NCBI GenBank assembly: GCA_035643915.1
Contig: DASQPN010000119.1
Span: 1-61,361 of the forward strand
Origin: Terriglobales bacterium
GTDB taxonomy: Bacteria > Acidobacteriota > Terriglobia > Terriglobales > Acidobacteriaceae
Reading direction: 5' to 3'
Length of the DNA: 61,361 nt
A program made the translations under genes and the position numbers. Positions 28,724 through 38,258 of this stretch are shown here, piece by piece. Below the pieces are notes generated by a model. The model saw nothing but the letters and a program-made list of their open reading frames with translations. It ran no database searches and had not been told where the DNA came from. Every line of letters begins with the position of its first letter. Position 1 is the stretch's first letter.

Positions 28724-28878
28724 GCTTCCTAGGCGGCGCTCGAAGCGGGGGCAGCCGCCGTCTCGAGTGAACTCGGCGGCCTTCAGGGGTGTTCGGGATT
28801 GAAAGGTGACTCTGCTGAGTACAGACTCCCATGACCTGCGCCCGGCATCACGCGGTTTATAATTTGCCCGTCCCGGAG

Positions 28879-30105
28879 ATGCTCATTCCCTCGCCAGGCT
28901 CCCCTCGCCGTGCCTGCTTCCTGCTGCTCGCGTTTTGTTGGCTGGCAACATCGGCGAGTTATGCCACCGACTGGACGACTCCGGAGCAGGAGCTCGCGAG
29001 GAAGATCGCCGCGGCCACAGGTCCGGGGGCAGTTGCCCTGGACGTGGTAAATCGTTCGTCCCTGAACAAGAAAGATACGGACGAAATCAGCCGGGGCCTG
29101 CGGGTGCAGCTGGAAACGCTGGGAGTGCGCAGCGTGAAGCCGGAACAAGCCGCCGCGACCGTGCAGGTTTCCCTCTCTGAGAATTTGCAGAGTTATGTCT
29201 GGGTGGCGGAGATCCACCAAGGCGCTGACGAGTTTTCGGTTGTGCTGGCCTCTGCGCCACGCCTGGGCGCGGCCACCTTCGTGCGGGAACCTGCGCCACT
29301 CACCATTCGCAAGATTCCCCTCTGGTCACAGGAAGAGCGCATACTCGATGTGGCAGTGCTCGAAGAAGCCTCGGGTCCGTCGCATCTGGCGGTGCTCGAC
29401 CCGGACAAGGTTGCGCTCTACCGGCTCACGGACGGCCGCTGGCAGAAGGAACAGGTCATGGAAGTGACCCATTCGCAGCTTTGGCCACGGGACCTACGTG
29501 GGCGGCTTGTGCTACGGCGAGATCATCTGCTTGACGTGTACTTGCCTGGAGTTCTCTGCCAAAGTTCGAACACTGCTCCCCTCAGTCTTACATGCCGTGC
29601 GAGCGATGATCCATGGCCGCTGTCAGGCCAGTTCCCACTCGGTGGATTCTTCGCGCCAACGCGAAATTACTTTACGGGTGTACTGTCGCCCGGCATCGGC
29701 AAGCAGACATCCACCGCAAAATTCTATTCGGCGGCAGCGATTCCGCGACCAAGTTACACCCTGTGGATGTTGGCCGCCGTGGACGGCCAGGTACATCTGC
29801 TGGACGGAATCACGGATCAGACGGCACGCTTGAATTGGGGCAGCGATGTTGCCAGCGTGAAGACGTCGTGCGGTTTGGGCTGGCAGATCCTGGCCACTCG
29901 GCGGGGTGATCACGCAGGCGATTTCGTGCGGGCGTACGAATTGGCTGACCGGGACCCGGTTCCGGTCAGCCAACCGATGGACTTTGCCGGGGGTGTTACG
30001 GCACTGTGGACCGAAACCACAGGCGCGACCGCGATTGCGGTGTCGCGAAACGCAGAAACGGGGAACTATGAAGCTTTTCGCCTGGCGGTGGCTTGCGGTC
30101 AGTAG
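28879..30105 (+). CDS. Secreted hypothetical protein; first gene of the SBP, kinase and NtrC-type regulator cluster
   Basis: Start chosen at ATG 28879 (signal peptide MLIPSPGSPRRACFLLLAFCWLATSASYA). No recognised domain. Its 3' end overlaps the next gene by 38 nt. Confidence 0.55.
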   Translation: MLIPSPGSPRRACFLLLAFCWLATSASYATDWTTPEQELARKIAAATGPGAVALDVVNRSSLNKKDTDEISRGLRVQLETLGVRSVKPEQAAATVQVSLSENLQSYVWVAEIHQGADEFSVVLASAPRLGAATFVREPAPLTIRKIPLWSQEERILDVAVLEEASGPSHLAVLDPDKVALYRLTDGRWQKEQVMEVTHSQLWPRDLRGRLVLRRDHLLDVYLPGVLCQSSNTAPLSLTCRASDDPWPLSGQFPLGGFFAPTRNYFTGVLSPGIGKQTSTAKFYSAAAIPRPSYTLWMLAAVDGQVHLLDGITDQTARLNWGSDVASVKTSCGLGWQILATRRGDHAGDFVRAYELADRDPVPVSQPMDFAGGVTALWTETTGATAIAVSRNAETGNYEAFRLAVACGQ

Positions 30106-31438
30106 TCTGCTGCTCGGAAGGTTGGCGACCGCAGAGACCCGGCCGCAATATGGAGGAACCTTGCGGGCGACGACCCGGATCGCCCCGGCTTCGCTCGACC
30201 CCGCGGACAAGTCCCAGCCCGACTCCGTCGCCCGCCAGAACCTCGGCAGCCTGATGTTCGAAACGCTTATCACCGTGGACAATCACGGACGGCTGCAGCC
30301 GGCACTCGCTACCTCTTGGCAGGCGGAACCGGGAAACCAACGCTGGCGGCTCTGGCTGAGGCGTGGAGTCAAATTTCATGATGGATCGCCCCTGACTCCG
30401 GAAGCGGTGGCCGCGTCGCTCCGGGTAGCGAACCCAGGCTGGAATGTATCGGCGGCGGTCGATTCGGTCGTCATCGAACGGGACACGCCTGCGCCTGAAC
30501 TGGGAGCGGAGTTGGCTCGGGCGCGCAATGGGATTGCGAAACGCGGTCCGGCAGGGAGTGTCACGGGCAGCGGTCCGTTCCACGTTACCGACTGGCAACC
30601 CGGAAAGAAGCTCGCTTTGGCGGCCGAAGAAGGATACTGGGCTGGGCGCCCGTTTCTGGATGCGATTGAAGTCGAGATGGGCAAGAGTTCTCGCGATCAA
30701 CTCATTGCCCTCGAACTCGGCAAGGCTGATGTCGCCGAAGTTGCCCCAGAGCAAGCCCACCGGGCGGCGATTGAGGGTCGGCGGGTAGTGACATCGGCGC
30801 CGATCGAATTGATGGCATTAGTTTTTGCGAAGGAGCGACTATCGCCCGAGCATGGCAAGCTTCGGAATGCGCTGGCGCTCAGCATCGACCGCACATCGAT
30901 CCGCACCGTCGTGCTGCAAGGCGAGGGAGAGCCCTCTGGCGCCATTCTTCCCAATTGGTTAAGCGGGTACGCGTTTGTGTTTCCGACCGACCAGAATCTC
31001 TCGCGCGCGCGGCAAGAGCGGAGCGAGATTCAGCAAGCTCCTTCCTGGGCCTTGGGATACGATTCGGGAGACGCGCTGGCGCGTGTAGTCGCGGAGCGCA
31101 TCGCACTGAACGCACGAGACGCGGGCATCACGTTGCAGACCACAACGTCCGCCAATCCCGACCTGCGCCTGACGCGTATCCCGCTGCCGTCTACGAACCC
31201 ACGAATCGCGTTGAGGGCAGTTGCAGCCATGACGGGAATGCCCTCGCCGAAGCTGACCAGTGGCTCGGCGGATGACCTGTATCAGGGGGAGAGTGGAATG
31301 CTGCAGACCCAGCGGATGATTCCGCTCTTTCAGCTGCCGGCGAGTTATGCGTTGAATCCCACCGTGCAAGACTGGAATCAGGACCGTGATGGCAGTTGGC
31401 ATCTGGAAGATGTCTGGCTGGGGACCGACCAGCCGTGA
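30068..31438 (+). CDS. Family-5 (peptide/nickel type) extracellular solute-binding protein homolog
   Basis: Signal peptide MKLFAWRWLAVSSLLLGRLATAE, then RPQYGGTLRATTRIAPASLDPAD and GVKFHDGSPLTPEAVAASL, typical of SBP_bac_5. Confidence 0.75.
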   Translation: MKLFAWRWLAVSSLLLGRLATAETRPQYGGTLRATTRIAPASLDPADKSQPDSVARQNLGSLMFETLITVDNHGRLQPALATSWQAEPGNQRWRLWLRRGVKFHDGSPLTPEAVAASLRVANPGWNVSAAVDSVVIERDTPAPELGAELARARNGIAKRGPAGSVTGSGPFHVTDWQPGKKLALAAEEGYWAGRPFLDAIEVEMGKSSRDQLIALELGKADVAEVAPEQAHRAAIEGRRVVTSAPIELMALVFAKERLSPEHGKLRNALALSIDRTSIRTVVLQGEGEPSGAILPNWLSGYAFVFPTDQNLSRARQERSEIQQAPSWALGYDSGDALARVVAERIALNARDAGITLQTTTSANPDLRLTRIPLPSTNPRIALRAVAAMTGMPSPKLTSGSADDLYQGESGMLQTQRMIPLFQLPASYALNPTVQDWNQDRDGSWHLEDVWLGTDQP

Positions 31439-33270
31439 GCTTTCGTCGCAAACTGCTCCTGGTATTGGCGCTGACGGTTTTTTTGTCGGTGGCAGCGGTC
31501 GCCTGGATTGTCTCCCTCGTGACGCGGCGGGCGTTTGAGCAATCGAACGAAGAGCGCACGGCTGCGCTGGTAGCGCAATTCCAGCACGAATTCAAACGGC
31601 ACTCCGACGATGTGGTCCAGAGAGTGGAAGCGATTGCCTCGAGCGAGGCAACGACGCGCATGGCGCTGGCTCTGAGCCATGCGTCCACCCAGCAGGGCGG
31701 CTACCTGAACGAAGCGGGGCCGACTGCCCAGAGTCACCAGCTGGACTTCCTGGAGTTTGTCGACTCCCGGGACACGATTGTGTCCTCCGCGCAGTCGCCT
31801 GCGAGGTTTGGCTATCCCGAAACCTCGCTGGCGAATTTGCCGCAATTGGTCACCAAATCAGCGTTCCTGAAGCAGGAGGAACTTCCCGAGGGCGCAACCC
31901 TCGGCCTGTTTTCCGTGCGGGCCGCAACGGTGGGTGACAAACCGCTTTTTGTGATCGGCGGGCAGCGCCTGGACAGGAACTCGCTCGCCGCCTTGGAATT
32001 GCCAGTCGGTATGAGGGTCATGCTGTACCAGATTTCAGGCACGGGATTCATGCCGCAGATGCTCATCGATGCCTCGGGCAGCGCGAAACGGCCGGAGGCG
32101 CTTCGTCCACTCATTCAGCAGGTCCAGAAACAGGGAGGCGAGATCACTGAGTTGATGCACTGGTCGTCCGATCCTGCCGACGATGAGACCATCCGCGCGA
32201 TTCCGCTCAATGGGCCGGACGACAAGACACTGGGAATCCTGTTGATCGCCAGTTCGCGTCGGCCCTACGTGGAGGTGAAGCGTCATATCCAGACAGCGGC
32301 CATGCTGGTGGGCGGCGCGGGGATCCTGCTGGCGATACTGCTGAGCAGTTGGGCCGCTGCCCGCGTCACGCGCCCGGTGGAGCAACTCGCAGCAGCGGCC
32401 CGCGAGGTGGCCGCGGGAAACCTGAATAGCAAGGTTGAAGTCACCTCCCGGGATGAAGTGGGGGAACTGGCCGAGGCATTCAACCGTATGACTCGAGAAC
32501 TGCTGGAGCAAAAGGAGCGGCTGGTCCAGACCGAGCGCGTGGCCGCGTGGCGCGAACTTGCGCGGCGCCTGGCGCATGAGCTGAAGAATCCGTTGTTCCC
32601 TCTGCAACTGACGGTTGAGAACCTGATCCGGGCACACCAGCAAAGCCCGCAGATGTTTGAAGAAATTTTCCGCGAAAGCTCGGCTACGCTGCTGGCAGAA
32701 ATCAGCAATCTGAAGCAGATCATTGGGCGCTTCAGCGAGTTCTCTACCATGCCCCAGCCACGGCTTCAGCGAGTCCAGGTCAATGACGTAGTGCGGGGCG
32801 TCCTGCGCCTGTTTCAAGCGCAACTGGAGTCGAGCAATGGCGCAGCCATCGCCTGCCGGCCTGATTTGAGGGAGAATATCGAACCGGTCGCCGCAGATCC
32901 GGAGTTGTTGCATCGAGCCATTTCCAATCTTGTCCTGAATGCCATGGACGCGATGCCCCGAGGCGGAACCCTGACGCTCCGCACATGGCAGGATTTGGGT
33001 CGCGTGCACATCGACGTCGGCGATACGGGAATTGGTCTCACGCCCGAAGAGTGCGAGCGCTTGTTTACTCCCTACTACACCAGCAAGCACCACGGGACTG
33101 GGCTGGGCCTAGCCATTGTCCAGTCGGTGATCAGCGATCACGGCGGTACCATCAACGTACAAAGCCAACCGGGTCAAGGCACGACATTCCTGATTGAATT
33201 GCCGCTGAATCTGGATAAACTGCACGCGCCGGTTCAGAACGGGTCGGCGGTCGTGATTCGGAGTCAGTAG
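31435..33270 (+). CDS. Sensor histidine kinase (periplasmic domain, HAMP, HisKA, HATPase; NtrY/AtoS-like)
   Basis: GTGA overlap with the SBP stop. HAMP PVEQLAAAAREVAAGNLNSKVEVTSRDEVGELAEAFNRM; H-box LAHELKNPLFPLQL; G-box HHGTGLGLAIV. Confidence 0.85.
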   Translation: MSFRRKLLLVLALTVFLSVAAVAWIVSLVTRRAFEQSNEERTAALVAQFQHEFKRHSDDVVQRVEAIASSEATTRMALALSHASTQQGGYLNEAGPTAQSHQLDFLEFVDSRDTIVSSAQSPARFGYPETSLANLPQLVTKSAFLKQEELPEGATLGLFSVRAATVGDKPLFVIGGQRLDRNSLAALELPVGMRVMLYQISGTGFMPQMLIDASGSAKRPEALRPLIQQVQKQGGEITELMHWSSDPADDETIRAIPLNGPDDKTLGILLIASSRRPYVEVKRHIQTAAMLVGGAGILLAILLSSWAAARVTRPVEQLAAAAREVAAGNLNSKVEVTSRDEVGELAEAFNRMTRELLEQKERLVQTERVAAWRELARRLAHELKNPLFPLQLTVENLIRAHQQSPQMFEEIFRESSATLLAEISNLKQIIGRFSEFSTMPQPRLQRVQVNDVVRGVLRLFQAQLESSNGAAIACRPDLRENIEPVAADPELLHRAISNLVLNAMDAMPRGGTLTLRTWQDLGRVHIDVGDTGIGLTPEECERLFTPYYTSKHHGTGLGLAIVQSVISDHGGTINVQSQPGQGTTFLIELPLNLDKLHAPVQNGSAVVIRSQ

Positions 33271-33281
33271 GAGAGAGCAGA

Positions 33282-34673
33282 TTGCCGCAGAAAGCACACC
33301 TTCTGATCGTGGACGATGAAGCCAATACTCTGGCCTCTCTATCACGGGCGTTCCGTCTTGCGGGCCACGAGGCGGTGGTTTGTGACAGTGCGGCCAAGGC
33401 ACTGGATCTGGCGAAGGCGCAGTCGTTCGATCTAATTTTGTCAGACGTTGTCATGCCAGGGAAGGACGGGCTTTCCCTGCTAGAAGAATTGAAGTCGCAA
33501 GGCGTCACGGCGCCGGTCGTCATGATGTCGGGCCAGGCGCATATCGAGATGGCAGTTCGCGCCACGCGGCTAGGAGCACTCGACTTTCTCGAAAAACCGA
33601 TTTCCACCGAGAAGCTCTTGCTGACCGTGGACAACGCGTTGCGTTTGCAGCGATTGGAGAGTGAAAACCGGCAACTGCGACACCGGCTCGGGAAACACGA
33701 GATCGTCTGGAAAGGCGAGGCGATGCGCCGGGTCATGGCGCAAGTGGAGCGAGTGGCGGCGAGCGAAACGCGCGTCTGCATCCTGGGTGAAACTGGAACC
33801 GGCAAGGAACTGGTGGCGCGCACGCTTCATGATCGGAGCGCAAGGGCGGCTGGTCCTTTCATTCCCCTGAATTGTGCGGCGGTGCCCGCCGAACTGATCG
33901 AGTCTGAACTGTTCGGTCACGAGAAGGGTTCCTTCACCGGCGCGGCGGGCCGGCATGCGGGCAAGTTTGAGCAAGCAGACCATGGCACCATCTTTCTGGA
34001 CGAAATTGGCGATATGCCTTTGCACATGCAGGCCAAGCTGTTGCGGGTATTGGAGGAGAATGAAGTCGAGCGCATCGGCGGGGACAGGCCCATTCGGGTA
34101 GATGTTCGTGTGCTGGTGGCAACCCATCGCGATCTGGATGCACAAGTCAAGGAACACAAGTTTCGGCAAGACCTGTTCCACAGAATTTATGTCTTTCCGT
34201 TGACTCTTCCTCCGTTGCGCGAACGACGGGAAGACATTGCCACTCTTGTCGGACACTTCGCAGCGCAGGTCACCGCCCAGAACGGGTGGAAGCCTGTTCC
34301 CTTTACCGCGGAAGCCATTGACGCGTTGCAGGCCCATGCGTGGCCAGGAAACGTGCGGGAACTGCGGAACATGGTGGAGCGCCTGATGTTGCTGGCTCCA
34401 GACGACGAAGTGGATCTTGCGACGGTTCGTCTTGCAATGCCACAAGATTCGAGTGGGCCGTCGACCGCGATTCCGGATTCCGGCCCATTGGCCGACCGAG
34501 TGCAGACGTTCGAACGCGAGGTGATTCTGGCGGAGCTTAAGCGGAGCCAGTACAACGTAACCAGCACCGCCAGGGCTTTGCATCTTGAGCGCAGCCATCT
34601 GTATAAGAAAGCCGAACAGTTGGGGATCGACCTTCGCACGATTCGGAAGGAACAGGATCCCCCGCACAACTGA
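33282..34673 (+). CDS. Sigma-54-dependent response regulator (NtrC family)
   Basis: TTG start. Receiver LLIVDDE...DLILSDVVMPGKDG. AAA+ GETGTGKE, ESELFGHEKGSFTGA (GAFTGA variant). C-terminal Fis-type HTH NVTSTARALHLERSHLYKK. Confidence 0.9.
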   Translation: MPQKAHLLIVDDEANTLASLSRAFRLAGHEAVVCDSAAKALDLAKAQSFDLILSDVVMPGKDGLSLLEELKSQGVTAPVVMMSGQAHIEMAVRATRLGALDFLEKPISTEKLLLTVDNALRLQRLESENRQLRHRLGKHEIVWKGEAMRRVMAQVERVAASETRVCILGETGTGKELVARTLHDRSARAAGPFIPLNCAAVPAELIESELFGHEKGSFTGAAGRHAGKFEQADHGTIFLDEIGDMPLHMQAKLLRVLEENEVERIGGDRPIRVDVRVLVATHRDLDAQVKEHKFRQDLFHRIYVFPLTLPPLRERREDIATLVGHFAAQVTAQNGWKPVPFTAEAIDALQAHAWPGNVRELRNMVERLMLLAPDDEVDLATVRLAMPQDSSGPSTAIPDSGPLADRVQTFEREVILAELKRSQYNVTSTARALHLERSHLYKKAEQLGIDLRTIRKEQDPPHN

Positions 34674-34713
34674 TCTCAGTACCCGTGACAATTCAGGATC
34701 GCAGGAGGAAGGC

Positions 34714-36756
34714 TTGCTTCGCCGAGCGCGTTTCCCTGGTTTCGTACTCTTACTGATCACCTCCGTCTTCGCGGCCGAACCACCGTCTCCGCCCGTCTAC
34801 GGAGTTCGCATGGAGCGGGCATGGATTCCCATGCAAGATGGCGTGCGACTGGCCGTCACTCTCTACATGCCTGAGGGTGCGAAGCCTGGCGACAAGCTTC
34901 CTGCTCTGCTCGACTACCTACCTTACCGTAAGGACGACAGCACGGCTGCCGGCGACTATCCAAGGAACGCGTACTTTGCCCGAAGAGGCTACGTGGGCGC
35001 GCGTGTGGATATCCGCGGGTTCGGAGCAAGCGAGGGTCGGCCCACGGAGCGCGAGTACTCGGAACAGGAGCAGGTCGATGGCGAGCAGGTGATTCACTGG
35101 CTCGCGACTCAACCCTGGTCGAACGGCAACGTGGGCATGTATGGGATTTCCTGGGGCGGATTCAACGCGCTGCAGATGGCGATGCGGAATCCGCCCGAAT
35201 TGAAGGCGATCATCGCTACGGATGCGACCGAGGAACTCTTCCACGACGATATCCACTACATCGATGGAATGATGCACATCGATGAATTCGAGTTGAATAT
35301 GGATATGGCGCCCGGGATGACCGGCGCGCCCGACTACACGCTGAACGAGAATGTTCTCGGGCCCCGGTTCGACGCCCCGCCCTGGTCGCTTTTGTACCTC
35401 AAGCATCAGCGAGACGGGGTGTTCTGGCGAAGTCCCGTGCGTCCGCTGAGCGAGATCAGGGTACCGTGCTTTTTGATCGGCGGACTGGCGGATGGCTACC
35501 GGGACAGCATTCCCCGGATGCTCGAACAGGTGAAAGCGCCGGTCCGAGCGCTGCTCGGTCCGTGGAACCATTCGTATCCGAACGACGCTGATTTTGGACC
35601 GCGCATAGAGTGGCGAGAGGATGCGGTGCGCTGGTGGGACTATTGGCTCAAGGCGCGCGACACAGGTGTGCTCGAGGACCCCAAGCTCGTCATCTTTATG
35701 CGCCACTGGTTCCCGCCCGATCCGATGCTGGAAACAGTTCCGGGAGAATGGCGGGCGGAGACGGGGTGGCCGCCGAAAGACGTGAAGAATTCGACTCTCT
35801 ACTTGCAGCCAAACCACATGCTCGCGAGCCTTGCATCCGAGGCGGATACTCATCGCCTGAAATACATCCCCTCGATGGGCGTCGAGGCAGGGTTCTGGTG
35901 GGGCGAACTGCTCTCCGATCAGCGTCCCGTGGATGCATTCAGCCTGGTGTACGATTCGGCACCGTTGAAAGAGGAGTTGGCAATCATGGGACGACCGCAC
36001 GGGTTGCTGCGAGCCGCCGCGGACGCTCCTCTTGCGAACTGGTTCGCGCGGCTTTCCGATGTTGCACCCGACGGCAGCGTAACCCAGATCACGGGCGCGG
36101 GCCTGAGTGGCGCGCAGCGGGAATCGATGAGCGACTCCAAGCCGCTTGAGCCGGGTAAGATCTACCACCTCGATGTTGCAATGCATCTGACGACCTGGGT
36201 GTTTCCGAAGGGACATCGCATTCGACTGTCTGTTTCAAATGCCCTGTGGCCCATGGTCTTGTCGACGCCTTACAACATGACTACCTCTCTTCAACTCGGC
36301 GGCACCAGCGGTTCGCGGCTAACGTTGCCGGTCGTTCCTGTCCAGGGCGTGGTGGCGCGCGTCTCTCCGCCGCAGCCGTCAGAAGAACGCACGGACTTGA
36401 AATCGTTCGGGTTCCCGTGGCCGGGTGAGTGGCTGGTGACCCGCGATGAAGGCCGTCAGAAGACGACCGTAGTTTGGCGAGGTAAGATGGGCGGCGAGTA
36501 TCCGTGGGGCAAAGAGACTGACTTGGAGAAGCTAACCTACGAGATTGAGGATACCCACCCCGAGGTGAATGTGATTCGCGGCGAAGCGGAAACGACACTG
36601 GATCTAAGAGACCGCGTGCTGGTGTGGAGCGGACATCTGTCGTTCACCAGCGACCCGAAGAACTTTTTCTACAAATACACCCGCGAGTTGCGGAAGGACG
36701 GGAATCTTCTCAAAACGAAGACCTGGGAGGAGAGGATTCCTAGGGATCTCCAGTAG
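34714..36756 (+). CDS. CocE/NonD-family (S15 X-Pro dipeptidyl-peptidase-like) hydrolase, secreted
   Basis: SD AGGAGG then TTG 34714 and a signal peptide. IPMQDGVRLAVTLYMPEG...LPYRKDD, nucleophile elbow GISWGG, C-terminal beta-sandwich region. Confidence 0.8.
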   Translation: MLRRARFPGFVLLLITSVFAAEPPSPPVYGVRMERAWIPMQDGVRLAVTLYMPEGAKPGDKLPALLDYLPYRKDDSTAAGDYPRNAYFARRGYVGARVDIRGFGASEGRPTEREYSEQEQVDGEQVIHWLATQPWSNGNVGMYGISWGGFNALQMAMRNPPELKAIIATDATEELFHDDIHYIDGMMHIDEFELNMDMAPGMTGAPDYTLNENVLGPRFDAPPWSLLYLKHQRDGVFWRSPVRPLSEIRVPCFLIGGLADGYRDSIPRMLEQVKAPVRALLGPWNHSYPNDADFGPRIEWREDAVRWWDYWLKARDTGVLEDPKLVIFMRHWFPPDPMLETVPGEWRAETGWPPKDVKNSTLYLQPNHMLASLASEADTHRLKYIPSMGVEAGFWWGELLSDQRPVDAFSLVYDSAPLKEELAIMGRPHGLLRAAADAPLANWFARLSDVAPDGSVTQITGAGLSGAQRESMSDSKPLEPGKIYHLDVAMHLTTWVFPKGHRIRLSVSNALWPMVLSTPYNMTTSLQLGGTSGSRLTLPVVPVQGVVARVSPPQPSEERTDLKSFGFPWPGEWLVTRDEGRQKTTVVWRGKMGGEYPWGKETDLEKLTYEIEDTHPEVNVIRGEAETTLDLRDRVLVWSGHLSFTSDPKNFFYKYTRELRKDGNLLKTKTWEERIPRDLQ

Positions 36757-36875
36757 GACGTGATGCCGAGCGAGAGATGCTGGCGCCACGGCTTGAGTGT
36801 GACAGTCGGATCGATCCTAAAAGAACAGCCGCCCCCCCTTCCGGGGTCGGAAATGGTAACCAGGGACGGCCCCCG

Positions 36876-38183
36876 CTATTTCGCCGCGCACGCGTCCGGT
36901 TTGGGCTGCTTGTACACAGCTCCGTCTTTCATGACGAAGTCGACTTGCTCCAGCACGCTTACGTCCCGGAGCGGGTCAGCGGAGACTGCGATCACATCAG
37001 CGTACTTGCCGGGCTTGATCGAGCCGACTTCCTTCGAGTGGCCGAGCAGATCGGCGGCGTTCGTGGTCGCCGCCTGGATGGCTTGCATCGGTGTCATTCC
37101 ATACTTCACCATAAACGCGAATTGCTTTGCGCTGGTGCCGTAGGGACACACCCCGGCGTCCGTCCCGAAAGCCATCTTCACTCCCGCTTTCACTGATTTG
37201 CGAAAGTTGTCTCGTTGGAGCTGCCCAAGCTCCGCGTCATGCTCCAGGAAGTCTTTGGGAGTCGTTCCCTTCTTGCCGCCTTCCTGGATGCATTCTTCGT
37301 CGTAGATATCCATGTCGAAGTAGGTGCCGTGATTCAATGCCATGGCAATGCCTTCATCGTCGACCATCTCAACGTGCTCGATCGAGGCAGCCCCCGCGAG
37401 GATGGCATTCTTGATTCCCTGGGCCGCGTGCGCGTGGACTGCCACCGCCAAGCCGAAGTGGCGGGCTTCATCCACCGCCGCCTGCAGTTCTTCCAGCGTG
37501 AATTCGAGCGAGTTGGGATTGCTGCCGTGAGTGAGGACCGCGCCGGTGGAAAGGACTTTGATAAGGTCCACACCGTCGTGGGCCAGCTGGCGGATTCGCT
37601 GGCGCACTTCCCAGGGGCTGTTGGCTTCTCCGTAGTGCAGATCCCAGGGCAATTGAATGTCGGGAGCCTGGCCGGTCATCGCTCCCGCGCCGCCCGTAAT
37701 CGTGATGTAAGCCCCCGCGACGTACATACGTGGGCCCGGCACATATCCGCGAGCGATGGCGTCGCGCAGGGCTACGTCGTTCAGCGCACGATAGGTACCC
37801 ACATCACGAACGGTTGTGAAGCCCGACTCAAGCATCTGCTTGGCGTTGGTCACCGATTCGAGCACAACCTGGGAGGCCGTTTTCCTCAGAACGTTAAATG
37901 GCTCGCCGTCGCTGTGACCGTCCGCGACGTGGGTGTGGCAATCAATCAGGCCGGGGAGGACGGTCATACTCGAGAGATCGATGATGTTGGCTCCGGCTGG
38001 AATGGCCAACCTTTTGCCGAGGGCTTCAATTTTGTTCTCGTGGATCAGAATGACCTGGTCGGTGAGAACCGTGCCCGTGTCCGGATCCACGAGACGCCCC
38101 GCTTTGATTGCCGTCACTTGGGCAGAGGCTCGATTCATGCACAACAGCCAGAGAACAACCGCGAAGAGATGAGTCGGTTTCAC
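36876..38183 (-). CDS. Secreted metal-dependent amidohydrolase (imidazolonepropionase / Xaa-Pro dipeptidase-like)
   Basis: Signal peptide. GLIDCHTH (HxH); HAHAAQG; FGTDAGV (metal-binding Asp). Confidence 0.85.
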   Translation of the reverse strand: MKPTHLFAVVLWLLCMNRASAQVTAIKAGRLVDPDTGTVLTDQVILIHENKIEALGKRLAIPAGANIIDLSSMTVLPGLIDCHTHVADGHSDGEPFNVLRKTASQVVLESVTNAKQMLESGFTTVRDVGTYRALNDVALRDAIARGYVPGPRMYVAGAYITITGGAGAMTGQAPDIQLPWDLHYGEANSPWEVRQRIRQLAHDGVDLIKVLSTGAVLTHGSNPNSLEFTLEELQAAVDEARHFGLAVAVHAHAAQGIKNAILAGAASIEHVEMVDDEGIAMALNHGTYFDMDIYDEECIQEGGKKGTTPKDFLEHDAELGQLQRDNFRKSVKAGVKMAFGTDAGVCPYGTSAKQFAFMVKYGMTPMQAIQAATTNAADLLGHSKEVGSIKPGKYADVIAVSADPLRDVSVLEQVDFVMKDGAVYKQPKPDACAAK

Positions 38184-38258
38184 CGTATCTCCCTTTGCAA
38201 ACGAAGAAGGAGGGCAAACGCCCCCCTGAAAATATACCCAGCGGAACTGCGCAAGATT

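Noticed and set aside
34918-36216. 432-aa minus-strand ORF
   Set aside because: It is the antisense shadow of the CocE/NonD hydrolase gene.
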